Part shown: positions 76,405-85,465 of the stretch, piece by piece
Layout: every line of letters begins with the position of its first letter
Position numbering within the stretch: the first letter of the stretch is position 1
From: Hyalangium minutum
Lineage (GTDB): Bacteria > Myxococcota > Myxococcia > Myxococcales > Myxococcaceae
NCBI RefSeq assembly: GCF_000737315.1
Contig: NZ_JMCB01000002.1
Location: forward strand, 20,001-144,000
Direction: 5' to 3'
Length of the DNA: 124,000 nucleotides
Notes under the pieces: generated by a model
Databases searched by the model: none
What the model saw: the letters and a program-made list of their open reading frames with translations, nothing else
What the model was told of the DNA's origin: nothing
Position numbers and translations under genes: made by a program

Positions 76405-77709
76405 ATGTCCTCCAACCCCGACGACAAGCTCCCCCCTCAGGGGCGCCTCACCCGGCTGCGCAAGCTGGCGGGGCTGTCCGCCCAGCTCGGCACCGAGGTC
76501 CTCAAGAGTGGCGCACGCCGCCTCGCCGGCCAGGAGTCGGAGCTGCTCAGCAAGGGAATGGCCGAGAAGCTCGTCGCCACCCTCGGAGACTTGAAGGGCG
76601 CCGCCATGAAGTTCGGCCAGGCCGTCTCCATGGATCCGGACCTCCTCACCCCCGAAGTCCGCAAGGTCCTCGCCCGCCTCCAGAACCAGGCCCCCGCCAT
76701 GGGCTACGACACCGTGGCCCGTGTCATCCGTGAAGAGCTCGGCGCTCCCCCCGAGGCCCTCTTCCGCGAGTTCGATCGCCAGCCCCTCGCTGCGGCCTCC
76801 CTCGGTCAGGTGCACCGCGCCGTCCTCGAAGACGGCCGCCCCGTCGCCGTCAAGGTGCAGTACCCCGGCGTCGGTGACTCGCTCCAGGGCGACCTCGACA
76901 ACCTGGGCATGGTCGTGAAGACCGTCTCCAAGACGTCCAAGATCATGGACGGCACCTCCTACTTCCAGGAGCTGCGCGAGGAGTTCCTCCTCGAGCTGGA
77001 CTACCTCCGCGAGGCCCGCCTCTGCCAAGGCTTTGCCCGCAGCATCTCCCGCCTGCCCGATCTCAAGGTGCCCGACGTCATCCCCGAGCGCACCGCTCAG
77101 CGCGTCCTCACCCTCGAGCTCCTTGAGGGGCAGACGCTCAAGGACTGGGTCGTCACCGCGCCGCCTCCCGAGGAGCGCTTCCGCGTCTCGCGCCAGCTCA
77201 TCCGCGCCATCTACGGGCCCTTCTTCTGCGCTGGTGAGATCCACGCCGATCCCCACCCCGGCAACTTCATGGTCCTGAAGGATGGCCGCCTGGGGCTGAT
77301 GGACTTCGGCTCCATCAAGAGCTTCTCTCCAGGCTTCGTCTCCGCCAACCGGCGCCTGTTCCTCCAGGCTGTGCAGCTGCAGCCCATGGACATCCTCGGA
77401 CTGAGCCGCGAGGTGGGCTTCACCATCGAGCTGCCGGAAGCCGAGGCCGAGGAGCTCATCCATGAGATCCTCCGCATCGCCGGCCGGTCCATGCGCTCCA
77501 GCGCCTACGACTTCACCACCTGCGAGGTCAGCCGCGATCTCAAGCGCCACTTCGCCAAGAACGCCGCGCGCTTCCTGAAGATCCGCCCCCCGCCCGAGGC
77601 CGTCATGTTCTTCCGCTCCACTGGCGGGCTCGCGCAGAACCTGCGGCTCATCGGCGCCCAGGGTGATTTCCGCCGTGTGTACCAGGAAGTAGCCGACCTG
77701 CTGGCCTGA
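76405..77709 (+). CDS. ABC1/AarF/UbiB-family atypical kinase
   Basis: MKFGQ, AAASLGQVH, VAVKVQYP, HADPHPGN, MDFG. Confidence 0.92.
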   Translation: MSSNPDDKLPPQGRLTRLRKLAGLSAQLGTEVLKSGARRLAGQESELLSKGMAEKLVATLGDLKGAAMKFGQAVSMDPDLLTPEVRKVLARLQNQAPAMGYDTVARVIREELGAPPEALFREFDRQPLAAASLGQVHRAVLEDGRPVAVKVQYPGVGDSLQGDLDNLGMVVKTVSKTSKIMDGTSYFQELREEFLLELDYLREARLCQGFARSISRLPDLKVPDVIPERTAQRVLTLELLEGQTLKDWVVTAPPPEERFRVSRQLIRAIYGPFFCAGEIHADPHPGNFMVLKDGRLGLMDFGSIKSFSPGFVSANRRLFLQAVQLQPMDILGLSREVGFTIELPEAEAEELIHEILRIAGRSMRSSAYDFTTCEVSRDLKRHFAKNAARFLKIRPPPEAVMFFRSTGGLAQNLRLIGAQGDFRRVYQEVADLLA

Positions 77710-77749
77710 GCCTTGCGTTCCTGCTCAGGACTCGTGCAGCACGGGCCTC

Positions 77750-78088
77750 GTGCCTAGCTTGGGAAGGGTGACGGTCTTGGACACACGGCAGGAGCGGCTT
77801 CTCTATACGCGCTCGGCGAGAGCGCGCCTCCAGGCCCTCCCCGCCGAGGTGCGCCTCCATGTGGAGACGCATATGGCCAACCTCACCCTCCTGATCGAAG
77901 GCCTGGCGCCCGAGCATCTCCCCCAGATGCTGGCGCATGAAGACGAGGGCTTCGTCACGGCCGTGCCGGGAGCCCGGGTGCGCTTCGTCGTCGCTCCCGC
78001 GGCGCGCGCCCTGCTCGTCTACCGCATCGAGACCTTGCCCGAAAGGGAAGTGGCTCCTGCCGTGCACCCCCAGCTCGGCCCCGAGTGA
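77750..78088 (+). CDS. Hypothetical protein, RelE/ParE-fold-like
   Basis: LLYTRSARARLQAL...RVRFVVAPAARALLVYRI pattern. Confidence 0.45.
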   Translation: MPSLGRVTVLDTRQERLLYTRSARARLQALPAEVRLHVETHMANLTLLIEGLAPEHLPQMLAHEDEGFVTAVPGARVRFVVAPAARALLVYRIETLPEREVAPAVHPQLGPE

Positions 78089-78185
78089 CTCTGGCGGAGC
78101 CACCACCGGCAGCCAAGGCGGAGAGCCTTCGCGTGACGGCGCCTCTCCGCTCGTGGCGAAAGAGGCGCACGCCCGCGGCGCTGCA

Positions 78186-78614
78186 CTACTTGTTGATGGC
78201 CTGATTGGAGGGGCTGGACGCCGGGCCCGTCGCCGAGCGGCCCCGCTTGTAGAGGTCCGTCAGCTTCTTGGCCAGGTCCGCGCCCTGCACGCTCTTGGAG
78301 ATGTAGCCGTCCGCGCCGGACGACAGCGCCAGCGAGCGCAGCTTCGACTCGTCCGAGGCCGAGTACAGGATGAACTTGGTGCCCAGCGGCGCCTGCGCGC
78401 GCGCCAGAGACAGCACCTTGTCGCCGCTCAGCGCGGGAATGTTCACGTCCAGCAGCACCAGGTCCGGTGCCACCGAACGCACCAGGTTGGACACGCCCAG
78501 CGAGGAGCGGTGCGTGCGCACATCAAATCCGTAGGACGAGAGCGAGCGCTCCGCCAGTACAAGCTGATCCTGGTCGTCGTCCACAACGAGGACTCGGATC
78601 TTGGTTTCCGACAT
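78186..78614 (-). CDS. Single-domain response regulator
   Basis: VLVVDDD, LLDVNIPALSG, YISKS. Confidence 0.9.
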   Translation of the reverse strand: MSETKIRVLVVDDDQDQLVLAERSLSSYGFDVRTHRSSLGVSNLVRSVAPDLVLLDVNIPALSGDKVLSLARAQAPLGTKFILYSASDESKLRSLALSSGADGYISKSVQGADLAKKLTDLYKRGRSATGPASSPSNQAINK

Positions 78615-78930
78615 TGTTTCCCCCAGGGGGCAGGGTTGTCGCTAGAGAGACTCTAATTATGACCTCGCTCCGCGTCAGGAAAGAAGGGGGGGGCGTGTAG
78701 GACCCTGCCGAAAGTGACAAGCGAGCAGGCAGTTTCCCGGGAAGTCGTGAGGCGCTCAACACCGGATATTGAGAACATCGTGAATTCCGAAGGGCCGCCT
78801 CGTGGATAAGCAGGCGCTCCCCACCTGCCCCGTCGTGTCGCCGAGAGGAATCGTGGCCACCGTGGCGGTGCTTTTCTCTCACCCGGTGGAGACGCATGGC
78901 ACGGCGCAAGACCCACCGGGGCAGGGCAGC

Positions 78931-80268
78931 TCAGCGGCGCTTCTGCGCGGCCCGCGGAGGACGCCGTCCCTTCGACACGCCCGGGTCGCTGGGAGCATCC
79001 GGGGCACTCGGAGTGCCCTGCAGCGGGAAGGTGAGGGTGAACACCGCGCCCCGCTCCGGGCGGTTGGCCGCGGTGATGGAGCCCCCCGCGCGCGCCATGA
79101 CGCCATAGGCCATGGACAGCCCCAGTCCCGTGCCCTGGCTGCCTTTGGTGGTGAAGAAGGGCCGGAAGATGCTGTGCAGGTTCTCCGGAGGAATGCCCGT
79201 GCCCTCGTCCTCCACGGTGACGACGACCTTGCCGCCCACCTCGGTGCCACGCACGCGGATGACGCCACTGTCCGGCATCGCGTCCCGGGCGTTGAGCAGC
79301 AGGTTGATGAAGACGTAGCGCAGGTCCGCCGCCACGCCGCTCACCGGCGGCAGCAGCGGGACATCCACCTCGATGCGCAGCGACAGGCCATGCCGCTTCG
79401 CCTGGTGCTCGAGGTCGCTGCGGGCGATCTCCACCGCCTCGCGGATGACGTCGGCCAGCTGCACCTGCTCGCCCGCGTGCTCGGGCCGCTGGCGCGCGAA
79501 GTCCTGGAGGTGGCGCAGGCGCGTGTGGGCGTCGCTGACGATGCGCACCATCGCGTCCATGTGGCCGCGGTGCCGCGTGGCGAACTCCGCGTCCCTCTCG
79601 ATGAGCTCCAGCCGGAGCTTCATGGCGTTCAGGGTGTTGTTGAGATCATGCGCCACGCCCGAGGCCAGCTCGCCCAGGGCGCGCAGGTGCTCCTGCTGGG
79701 ACAGGGTGGCACGCGCCTTCTCCAGCTCCTGCTCGGCCTGGACCTGGGCGGTGATGTCGTGGGCGAGCAGCAGCACGGCCTCCCTGGGACGCTCCCGGGG
79801 GTTGAGGCCCACCCGCTCTGTGCGCACCTCCAGCGTCCTCACGCCGGACTGCTCCTGGTAGCGCTCCACCACGGGGCCTCGCTCCCCCGAGGCCCTCAGC
79901 GCATGGGTGGCCTCCTCGGCCACCAGCCGCAGCGTGTTCCGGGCGGGGCCCTGCTGCTGGCCCTGGTGCAGGCGGAGCCACGGGCCGCTCCGGGTCAACG
80001 CGTGCCAGCGCGGATTGGCCAGCAGCACCACGCCATCACTCAGGAGCGCCACCGCGCTGGCGCTCGTCTCCAGCGCCCAGTTGGAGAGCCGGTAGGTGGT
80101 GATGTGCTCCTGGGAGCGCAGCTCCAGCTTGTGGACGAGCGTCTCGTGCTTGGAGAGGAGTTCCTGGTACTTGCGCAACAGCTCCGCTCGCATGCGCGTC
80201 GGAGGCTCGGCGGGGTGCTTGGCCCCGGGGGAGGTGGCAGGAGGGGGCGGACGGCGGCGCGGGCTCAT
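78931..80268 (-). CDS. PAS sensor histidine kinase
   Basis: ASGVAHDLNNTL H-box, NLLLNARDAM, PFFTTKG..GTGLGL; ATG 80268. Confidence 0.92.
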   Translation of the reverse strand: MSPRRRPPPPATSPGAKHPAEPPTRMRAELLRKYQELLSKHETLVHKLELRSQEHITTYRLSNWALETSASAVALLSDGVVLLANPRWHALTRSGPWLRLHQGQQQGPARNTLRLVAEEATHALRASGERGPVVERYQEQSGVRTLEVRTERVGLNPRERPREAVLLLAHDITAQVQAEQELEKARATLSQQEHLRALGELASGVAHDLNNTLNAMKLRLELIERDAEFATRHRGHMDAMVRIVSDAHTRLRHLQDFARQRPEHAGEQVQLADVIREAVEIARSDLEHQAKRHGLSLRIEVDVPLLPPVSGVAADLRYVFINLLLNARDAMPDSGVIRVRGTEVGGKVVVTVEDEGTGIPPENLHSIFRPFFTTKGSQGTGLGLSMAYGVMARAGGSITAANRPERGAVFTLTFPLQGTPSAPDAPSDPGVSKGRRPPRAAQKRR

Positions 80269-80450
80269 GCTCTCGAATGCTCCATGCGCGCGCGGTTCTC
80301 CTCCGGCAGCGCGGCCAGCTGGATGACGTCGTGGGCCACATAGAGCAGGCCCTGCATGTCCCTGCCATTGCCCCGAGGGGGCACCGCCTGAGCGCGCAGC
80401 GTCACAGGTTCGTCCCCGGGGGCTCCAGGTGGCCATGGCCGGGCTGTTAA
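80265..80450 (-). pseudogene. Start-less 3' fragment of a PAS-domain gene
   Basis: Manual translation ...PGDEPVTLRAQAVPPRGNGRDMQGLLYVAHDVIQLAALPEENRARMEHSRA*; its TGA overlaps the kinase ATG; no in-frame start after the upstream TAG. Confidence 0.45.
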
Positions 80451-80751
80451 CCCACGGCGTGGCGGGTCAGCAAGGCTGGAGACACCCTGCTAGGTAGGAT
80501 TCGACAAAACATGTTTTGTCTATAACCCGGAGCAGGCCGATGGGATGGGCTTCCATTCCGAACGCGGCTGGCCATCTACGGGATGCTCGATCGGATGGCT
80601 CGGACGGGGGGGGCGTATGCACAGGACGTCCTGGGTTCTCATCCTGAACACTGAGGGGCGGAGGTCCGGGGCGGTCCTTCCTTTGCTCGTCTCGGGTGCC
80701 GTTAGATGGAAGCCGTACTCAGGTCACGCCGCCGAATCACGGAGACACATC

Positions 80752-81429
80752 ATGGAGCCGAACTCCCGTATCCGGGTGGGCATTCTCGAAGACCAGCAGA
80801 TCTTCCTCGAGAGCCTGGTATCGATTCTGGAGAGCGCCGGCATAGAGGTGGTGGCTCAGTGCTCGAGCGTGGAGCAATTCCTGGCGCAGACGCGGCAGCA
80901 GCCACCGGACGTGGCGCTGGTGGACCTGCGGCTGGAGCACAAGGACGGGCAGCAGCTGGCGGATGGCTGCCGGGCGGTCGAGCTCCTGCATGACTTCTAC
81001 CCGAATGTGCGGCCGCTCGTGCTGTCGGCCAACCGGAACGCGGAGGAGGTGGAGCGCTGCTTCCGGGCTGGAGCGGCGGGCTACCTGTGCAAGCAGAACA
81101 TCGGCTGCGCGGAGCTGCTCGAGGCCGTGGGGCGGGTGGCCCGGGGCGAGCGACTGGTACCCTCGGAGCTGTTCCCTCACTCCATCGTGGAGGAAGAGAG
81201 CAACGCCTCGCGCAGCGTGCTCCACCAGCTCACGGCCCGGGAGCGCGAGGTGCTGGGCTTCATCGCCTCGGGCGCGGACAACCTGAAGATCGCCGTGTGC
81301 CTGGGCATCACCGAGCGCACGGTGAAGGCGCACATCACCAGCATCTACCGCAAGCTGGACGTAGAGAACCGCACGCAGATGGCGATGCTGGCCTGCCAGC
81401 TGGGCGTGGAGCGTCCGGCAACCGTCTGA
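80752..81429 (+). CDS. NarL/LuxR-family response regulator
   Basis: ILEDQQ, ALVDLRL; LTAREREVL...NLKIA..LGITERTVKAHITSIYRKL. Confidence 0.93.
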   Translation: MEPNSRIRVGILEDQQIFLESLVSILESAGIEVVAQCSSVEQFLAQTRQQPPDVALVDLRLEHKDGQQLADGCRAVELLHDFYPNVRPLVLSANRNAEEVERCFRAGAAGYLCKQNIGCAELLEAVGRVARGERLVPSELFPHSIVEEESNASRSVLHQLTAREREVLGFIASGADNLKIAVCLGITERTVKAHITSIYRKLDVENRTQMAMLACQLGVERPATV

Positions 81430-81609
81430 GGGTCATCTCTTCCTGGGACTTGAGGCCAATAGGTTCTTTCGCTGGGGAGCAGCACCTTGGAAGCAGCACG
81501 TTGGCGGGCCCCTCCTTCCCTGCCTTCTCCCGCCGCGTGCGCTGGGTCGTTTCCAGCGGGCCGGGGCGGGGATGCTTCCTCCTCCTGCCCCGGTCCGCTG
81601 CCAGCCTGC

Positions 81610-82632
81610 TCAAGGCTTCGTCGCGACGACGAGCTCGAAGGGGCCCGGCAGCACCTCGGGCGCTTTGAAGCCCAAGTCCTTCAGGGCCAGCAGGTAGTAC
81701 TCCACCTCGCGCAGGCGGCTCACGCAGCTGTCCACGCCCATGAGGAAGTAGGACCAGAAGAACTGCGCCGTCAGCCGCTCGGGCGTGCGGAACTCCTCGC
81801 AGATGAGGATGCGGCCACCGGAGGGCAGCGCCTCGTACGTGGCCTTCATCAGCGCGCGCGCCGTCTCCGCTGGCCAGTCGTGCAGCACACGCACGAAGGA
81901 GATCGCGTCATAGCCGCGCGGCAGCGGCTCCTTCAGGAAGTCTCCGCCCACGAAGCCCAGCCGCGCGCCCAGCTGGTGCTTCTCCCGCGTGCGCGCCACC
82001 AACGCCTCGGTGGCCGGCAAGTTGTACACGTCCACCTGGAGCTCCGGGTGCTGCTCCAGCAGGTGCGCCGCCAGCGAGCCGTCTCCGCCGCCCACCTCCA
82101 GCAGCTTCTGCCCCGGGCGCCACAGCGTGCCGCCGTGGGTGCGGAACACCTCGAGGATGGGGCCCAGCCCCGCGGCCATGCTGGCCTCGAAGCCCGCCAC
82201 CTGCTCGGTCGTCTGTGGCGGCCATTCGAAGTCCTTGGCCGGCATGCTCCGCTCCCCGCGCAGCACCTCCGGCAGGTGGCCGTGCAGCTCGCGCCAGCCG
82301 TACTTCTCCCGGTCCCGCTCCAGCGACTGCGGCCCCACCACCTTCTCCGCCGCCGCGCGCAGCCCCGGCACCGCCGTGTAGCGGGCCTCGAGCAGCGCGT
82401 CCGTCTTCTGCTCGCGCCGCACCAGCCCCAGGCTCTCCAGGCAGTCGAGGAACTTGTAGAGACGCCCCGGCACCATGCCGTACTTCTGGCTCAGCACCTC
82501 CAGCGTCACCGGGCCTGCCTCCAGCGCTTCCAGCAGGCCCAGCTTGTACGCCGTCTCCACCACGTCGATGGCGCGCGCTCCGTTGAAGAGCAGGTGCAGC
82601 AGCGCGCGGGGAGTGAGTTCCACGGTGCTCAT
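81610..82632 (-). CDS. Class I SAM-dependent O/N/C-methyltransferase (Methyltransf_2 with dimerisation domain)
   Basis: LEVGGGDG, GGDFL, RVLHDW; wHTH dimerisation N-terminus. Confidence 0.9.
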   Translation of the reverse strand: MSTVELTPRALLHLLFNGARAIDVVETAYKLGLLEALEAGPVTLEVLSQKYGMVPGRLYKFLDCLESLGLVRREQKTDALLEARYTAVPGLRAAAEKVVGPQSLERDREKYGWRELHGHLPEVLRGERSMPAKDFEWPPQTTEQVAGFEASMAAGLGPILEVFRTHGGTLWRPGQKLLEVGGGDGSLAAHLLEQHPELQVDVYNLPATEALVARTREKHQLGARLGFVGGDFLKEPLPRGYDAISFVRVLHDWPAETARALMKATYEALPSGGRILICEEFRTPERLTAQFFWSYFLMGVDSCVSRLREVEYYLLALKDLGFKAPEVLPGPFELVVATKP

Positions 82633-83771
82633 GCCTTCTCCTTCCGCGCCTCGGCCACCAGCGCGTCCATGAAGCGGTCCACTTCTTCCAGCGTGTTGTA
82701 GAGGTGCGGCGCCACGCGCAGCATGCCCCGGTAGCTGCAGATGAAGCCGCTGGCCACCAGCCGCTGGGCCACCGCCGCGTCTCCGGGGAAGCGCAGTGCC
82801 ACCACGCCCGCGCGCCGCTCCTCCTGCCGCGGCGTCACCACCGTGAAGCCCGCCTCGTCTGCCCGCTCCATCACCCGCGCGGTGCACCGCAGGGAGTGTG
82901 CGCGAATCGTCGGCATCCCCACCGACGCCAGGATGTCCAACCCCACCCGGGACAGCTGCGAGGGCAGCACCGCCGGGGTGCCGCTGGCCATCCTTCGCGC
83001 CGTGGGGGCCCAGTCGCGCACCGGCCCGAAGGTGAGCGGGTTCTCTCCGGCGATCCACCCCGTGGCCGCGGGCCTCAGCGTGGGCAGCAGGGCCGGGCGC
83101 ACGTACAGGAAGGCGCTCTCGATGGAGCCACACATCCACTTGTGCGCGCCGCCAAGCAAGAAGTCCACGCCCAGCGCGCTCACGTCGATGGGGACGGCGC
83201 CCACCGACTGGTAGGCGTCCACGGCCACGAGCGCGCCCACCGCGTGCGCGCGCCGCACGACGGACGCCAGGTCCAGCATGGCGCCGGTGGAGGAGCTGGC
83301 GTGGGTGACGCTCACGAGCAGCGTGCGCTCATCGATGGCGGCGCACAGGCGCTCCTCGTCCATCCTCCCGTTCTCGGAGGGCACCACCACGGTCTCCGCG
83401 CCGTAGCGCTCGAAGCCCTTCCAGAGGAAGGGCACGGTGGGGAACTCCAGGTCCGTGGTCACCACGCGGCGGCGCTCGCCCTGGTAGTCGAAGCAAGTGC
83501 CCAGGCGCCCCAGCAGCGTGGTGAGGTTGGTGTCCGTCACCACGGAGCCGTCCGGCGCGCCGATGAAGCGCGCCACCGCGTCCATGTACCCGAGCCAGTC
83601 CGCCCACCAGCCCTCCCACGCCTCGTCACGCCAGTGCTGCAGCGTCTGCCCGTAGCGCTGGAGCACCGCCTCCATGCCCCGGGGGAACGCCCCCGTGGAG
83701 TTGCTGTTGAGGTACGTCACTTTCTCCAGCAGGGGGAACTCCGCCCGTACCGCCGAGAGCGTTGCGTCCAT
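82629..83771 (-). CDS. PLP-dependent class V aminotransferase, kynureninase-like
   Basis: VDAYQSVG, GGAHKWMCG, PAATGWIA, RRMASGTP. Confidence 0.85.
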   Translation of the reverse strand: MDATLSAVRAEFPLLEKVTYLNSNSTGAFPRGMEAVLQRYGQTLQHWRDEAWEGWWADWLGYMDAVARFIGAPDGSVVTDTNLTTLLGRLGTCFDYQGERRRVVTTDLEFPTVPFLWKGFERYGAETVVVPSENGRMDEERLCAAIDERTLLVSVTHASSSTGAMLDLASVVRRAHAVGALVAVDAYQSVGAVPIDVSALGVDFLLGGAHKWMCGSIESAFLYVRPALLPTLRPAATGWIAGENPLTFGPVRDWAPTARRMASGTPAVLPSQLSRVGLDILASVGMPTIRAHSLRCTARVMERADEAGFTVVTPRQEERRAGVVALRFPGDAAVAQRLVASGFICSYRGMLRVAPHLYNTLEEVDRFMDALVAEARKEKA

Positions 83772-83774
83772 ATG

Positions 83775-85010
83775 TCAGCGTCCTGAATCCTTGGAGGGGT
83801 GGTTCGCCGCGACGCCTTCCTGCAACTGCGCGGCGAAGCGCGAGGTGGGCGGCTCGGGCCGGGACCACGGATCATCCGACTCCGGCAGCGGCGGAGGCTC
83901 GGTGGGCCCCGGCGCCTGTCCGCGACGAGGCGGCTCGGGCTTGGACCAGGGGTCTTCGGCAGGCGCCTGTGGAGGCACGCTCGCGGCGGCCGTGGCGGAG
84001 GGATCCACCTGCGCCGCGGCCGCGGCCAGGGCCTGGGCGGTGCTCATCACCGGAGGAGCCGACTGCTGTGGCTCGGTGGGGGCCTTCGCCGCGCCCGGAG
84101 CCGGAAGGTCGGAGGCCGCCTCCAGCGCTGAGCTGATGGAGGCATGGCCCTCGGGAGCGGGGGGGCCCGCGGGGCTTGGGGAGACAGCGGGGTAGGAGCC
84201 CGAGGGCCGCTGGCTGCCGGGCGCGTAGCCACCGTCGCGCCGCCACGCGTTCGTCATCTCCGCGCGCACCTCCCACAGCTTGCGGAACAGCGGCAGCGTC
84301 ATGCGCCCCGCCAGCACCTGCGTGGGCAGGCCATCCAGCGCCTTGATGGAGCGGTCCACGCCGATGATGCGGCGGACCATCTGGTAGTGCGTGTAGAGCC
84401 ACGTCTGAAACAACTCGTCCAGGTCGACGAACTGCTCGCAGATGCGCTTCACGTCCTCCGAGTTGTACGCGCCGACCTTGTACACATCCAGCAGCCGCAG
84501 GTTGCGCCGCTGCAGCGTGCGATCCAACGCCGCCGCCAAGCCGTCCGCCGCCAGGCGCATGGCGTTGTAGCCCGGAGACTCCTGCCCGCTGCCGTTGCCC
84601 AGGCTGCGCCGGATGATTTGATACGTATCCGGCGTCATCGTCTCCAGGATGTTCATCTCCGCCACGAGACATTTCATGGCGCGCAGCATGCGCTCCAGCC
84701 GCCCGGTGGCTGGCCACAGCAGGTCTCCATCCATCTCCGCCACCACCTCGACCGCTTCCTGGGTGATGAGCTTGAGCCAGAGTTCCTGGGCCTGGTGAGT
84801 AATCTGAAACAAGAGCTCATCGTGATGGACGAGCTCCTCCGTGGAGGACTGGAGATGTAACAAAGTCCCTGTTTTCAAATAGACCTCGTAATCGAGGTCT
84901 CCCTTACCGACCCACTTCTTCAGCAAGGGATTGAACATGGGAGACGCCAGTTGATGGCGTAGCTTTTCAGCCTCACTGTAGTCAGGAGTTCGCAAGACAG
85001 GGCCCTCCAA
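83775..85010 (-). CDS. Divergent tryptophan 2,3-dioxygenase-family (heme-dependent aromatic oxygenase) protein with Pro/Ala-rich tail
   Basis: HDELLFQITHQAQELWLK, LETMTPDTY..IR..LG.GSGQESPG, WLYTH proximal His; the GTGGS loop is replaced. Confidence 0.82.
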   Translation of the reverse strand: MEGPVLRTPDYSEAEKLRHQLASPMFNPLLKKWVGKGDLDYEVYLKTGTLLHLQSSTEELVHHDELLFQITHQAQELWLKLITQEAVEVVAEMDGDLLWPATGRLERMLRAMKCLVAEMNILETMTPDTYQIIRRSLGNGSGQESPGYNAMRLAADGLAAALDRTLQRRNLRLLDVYKVGAYNSEDVKRICEQFVDLDELFQTWLYTHYQMVRRIIGVDRSIKALDGLPTQVLAGRMTLPLFRKLWEVRAEMTNAWRRDGGYAPGSQRPSGSYPAVSPSPAGPPAPEGHASISSALEAASDLPAPGAAKAPTEPQQSAPPVMSTAQALAAAAAQVDPSATAAASVPPQAPAEDPWSKPEPPRRGQAPGPTEPPPLPESDDPWSRPEPPTSRFAAQLQEGVAANHPSKDSGR

Positions 85011-85063
85011 AGGGCAGACATTTCAGAGAATTCAGACAGCCGAGTCAGTGAGACCGATTGAAC

Positions 85064-85465
85064 TCAGACAGGAGACACGGGAGTAGGGCGAGGCTTGTGA
85101 CGGAAGGACTCCAGCTTCCGCGCGAGCTCATCACCTTGAACACTCTTGGAGAGATATCCATCCGCGCCTGACGCCATGGCGAGCGAGCGCAGCTGGGTCT
85201 CATCCGAGGCTGAATACAGAATGAACTTGATGCCCGAGGGCGCTTGGGTGCGCGCCAGGGACACCACCTTGTCGCCCTTGAGGGCGGGGAAATTCACGTC
85301 AATCAGGACGACGTCCGGCACGCTGTCCCGGATGCGGGTGGAGACACCCAGGGCGGAGATGTGCGTCTCCACCTCGAACCCGTGAGCGCGCAGCGAGCGC
85401 GCCACCAAGTCCAAGAGGTCCGGGTCGTCATCCACCACGAGCACGCGGAGCTTGCCGTCAGCCAT
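85064..85465 (-). CDS. Single-domain response regulator (paralogue of 78186-78614)
   Basis: VLVVDDD, LIDVNFPALKG, KFILYSASDE. Confidence 0.9.
   Translation of the reverse strand: MADGKLRVLVVDDDPDLLDLVARSLRAHGFEVETHISALGVSTRIRDSVPDVVLIDVNFPALKGDKVVSLARTQAPSGIKFILYSASDETQLRSLAMASGADGYLSKSVQGDELARKLESFRHKPRPTPVSPV

Noticed and set aside
81610-85010. Ordinary tryptophan catabolism or NAD biosynthesis (kynABU) operon
   Set aside because: No kynurenine formamidase, monooxygenase or nad genes; a methyltransferase is coupled instead and the TDO loop is atypical
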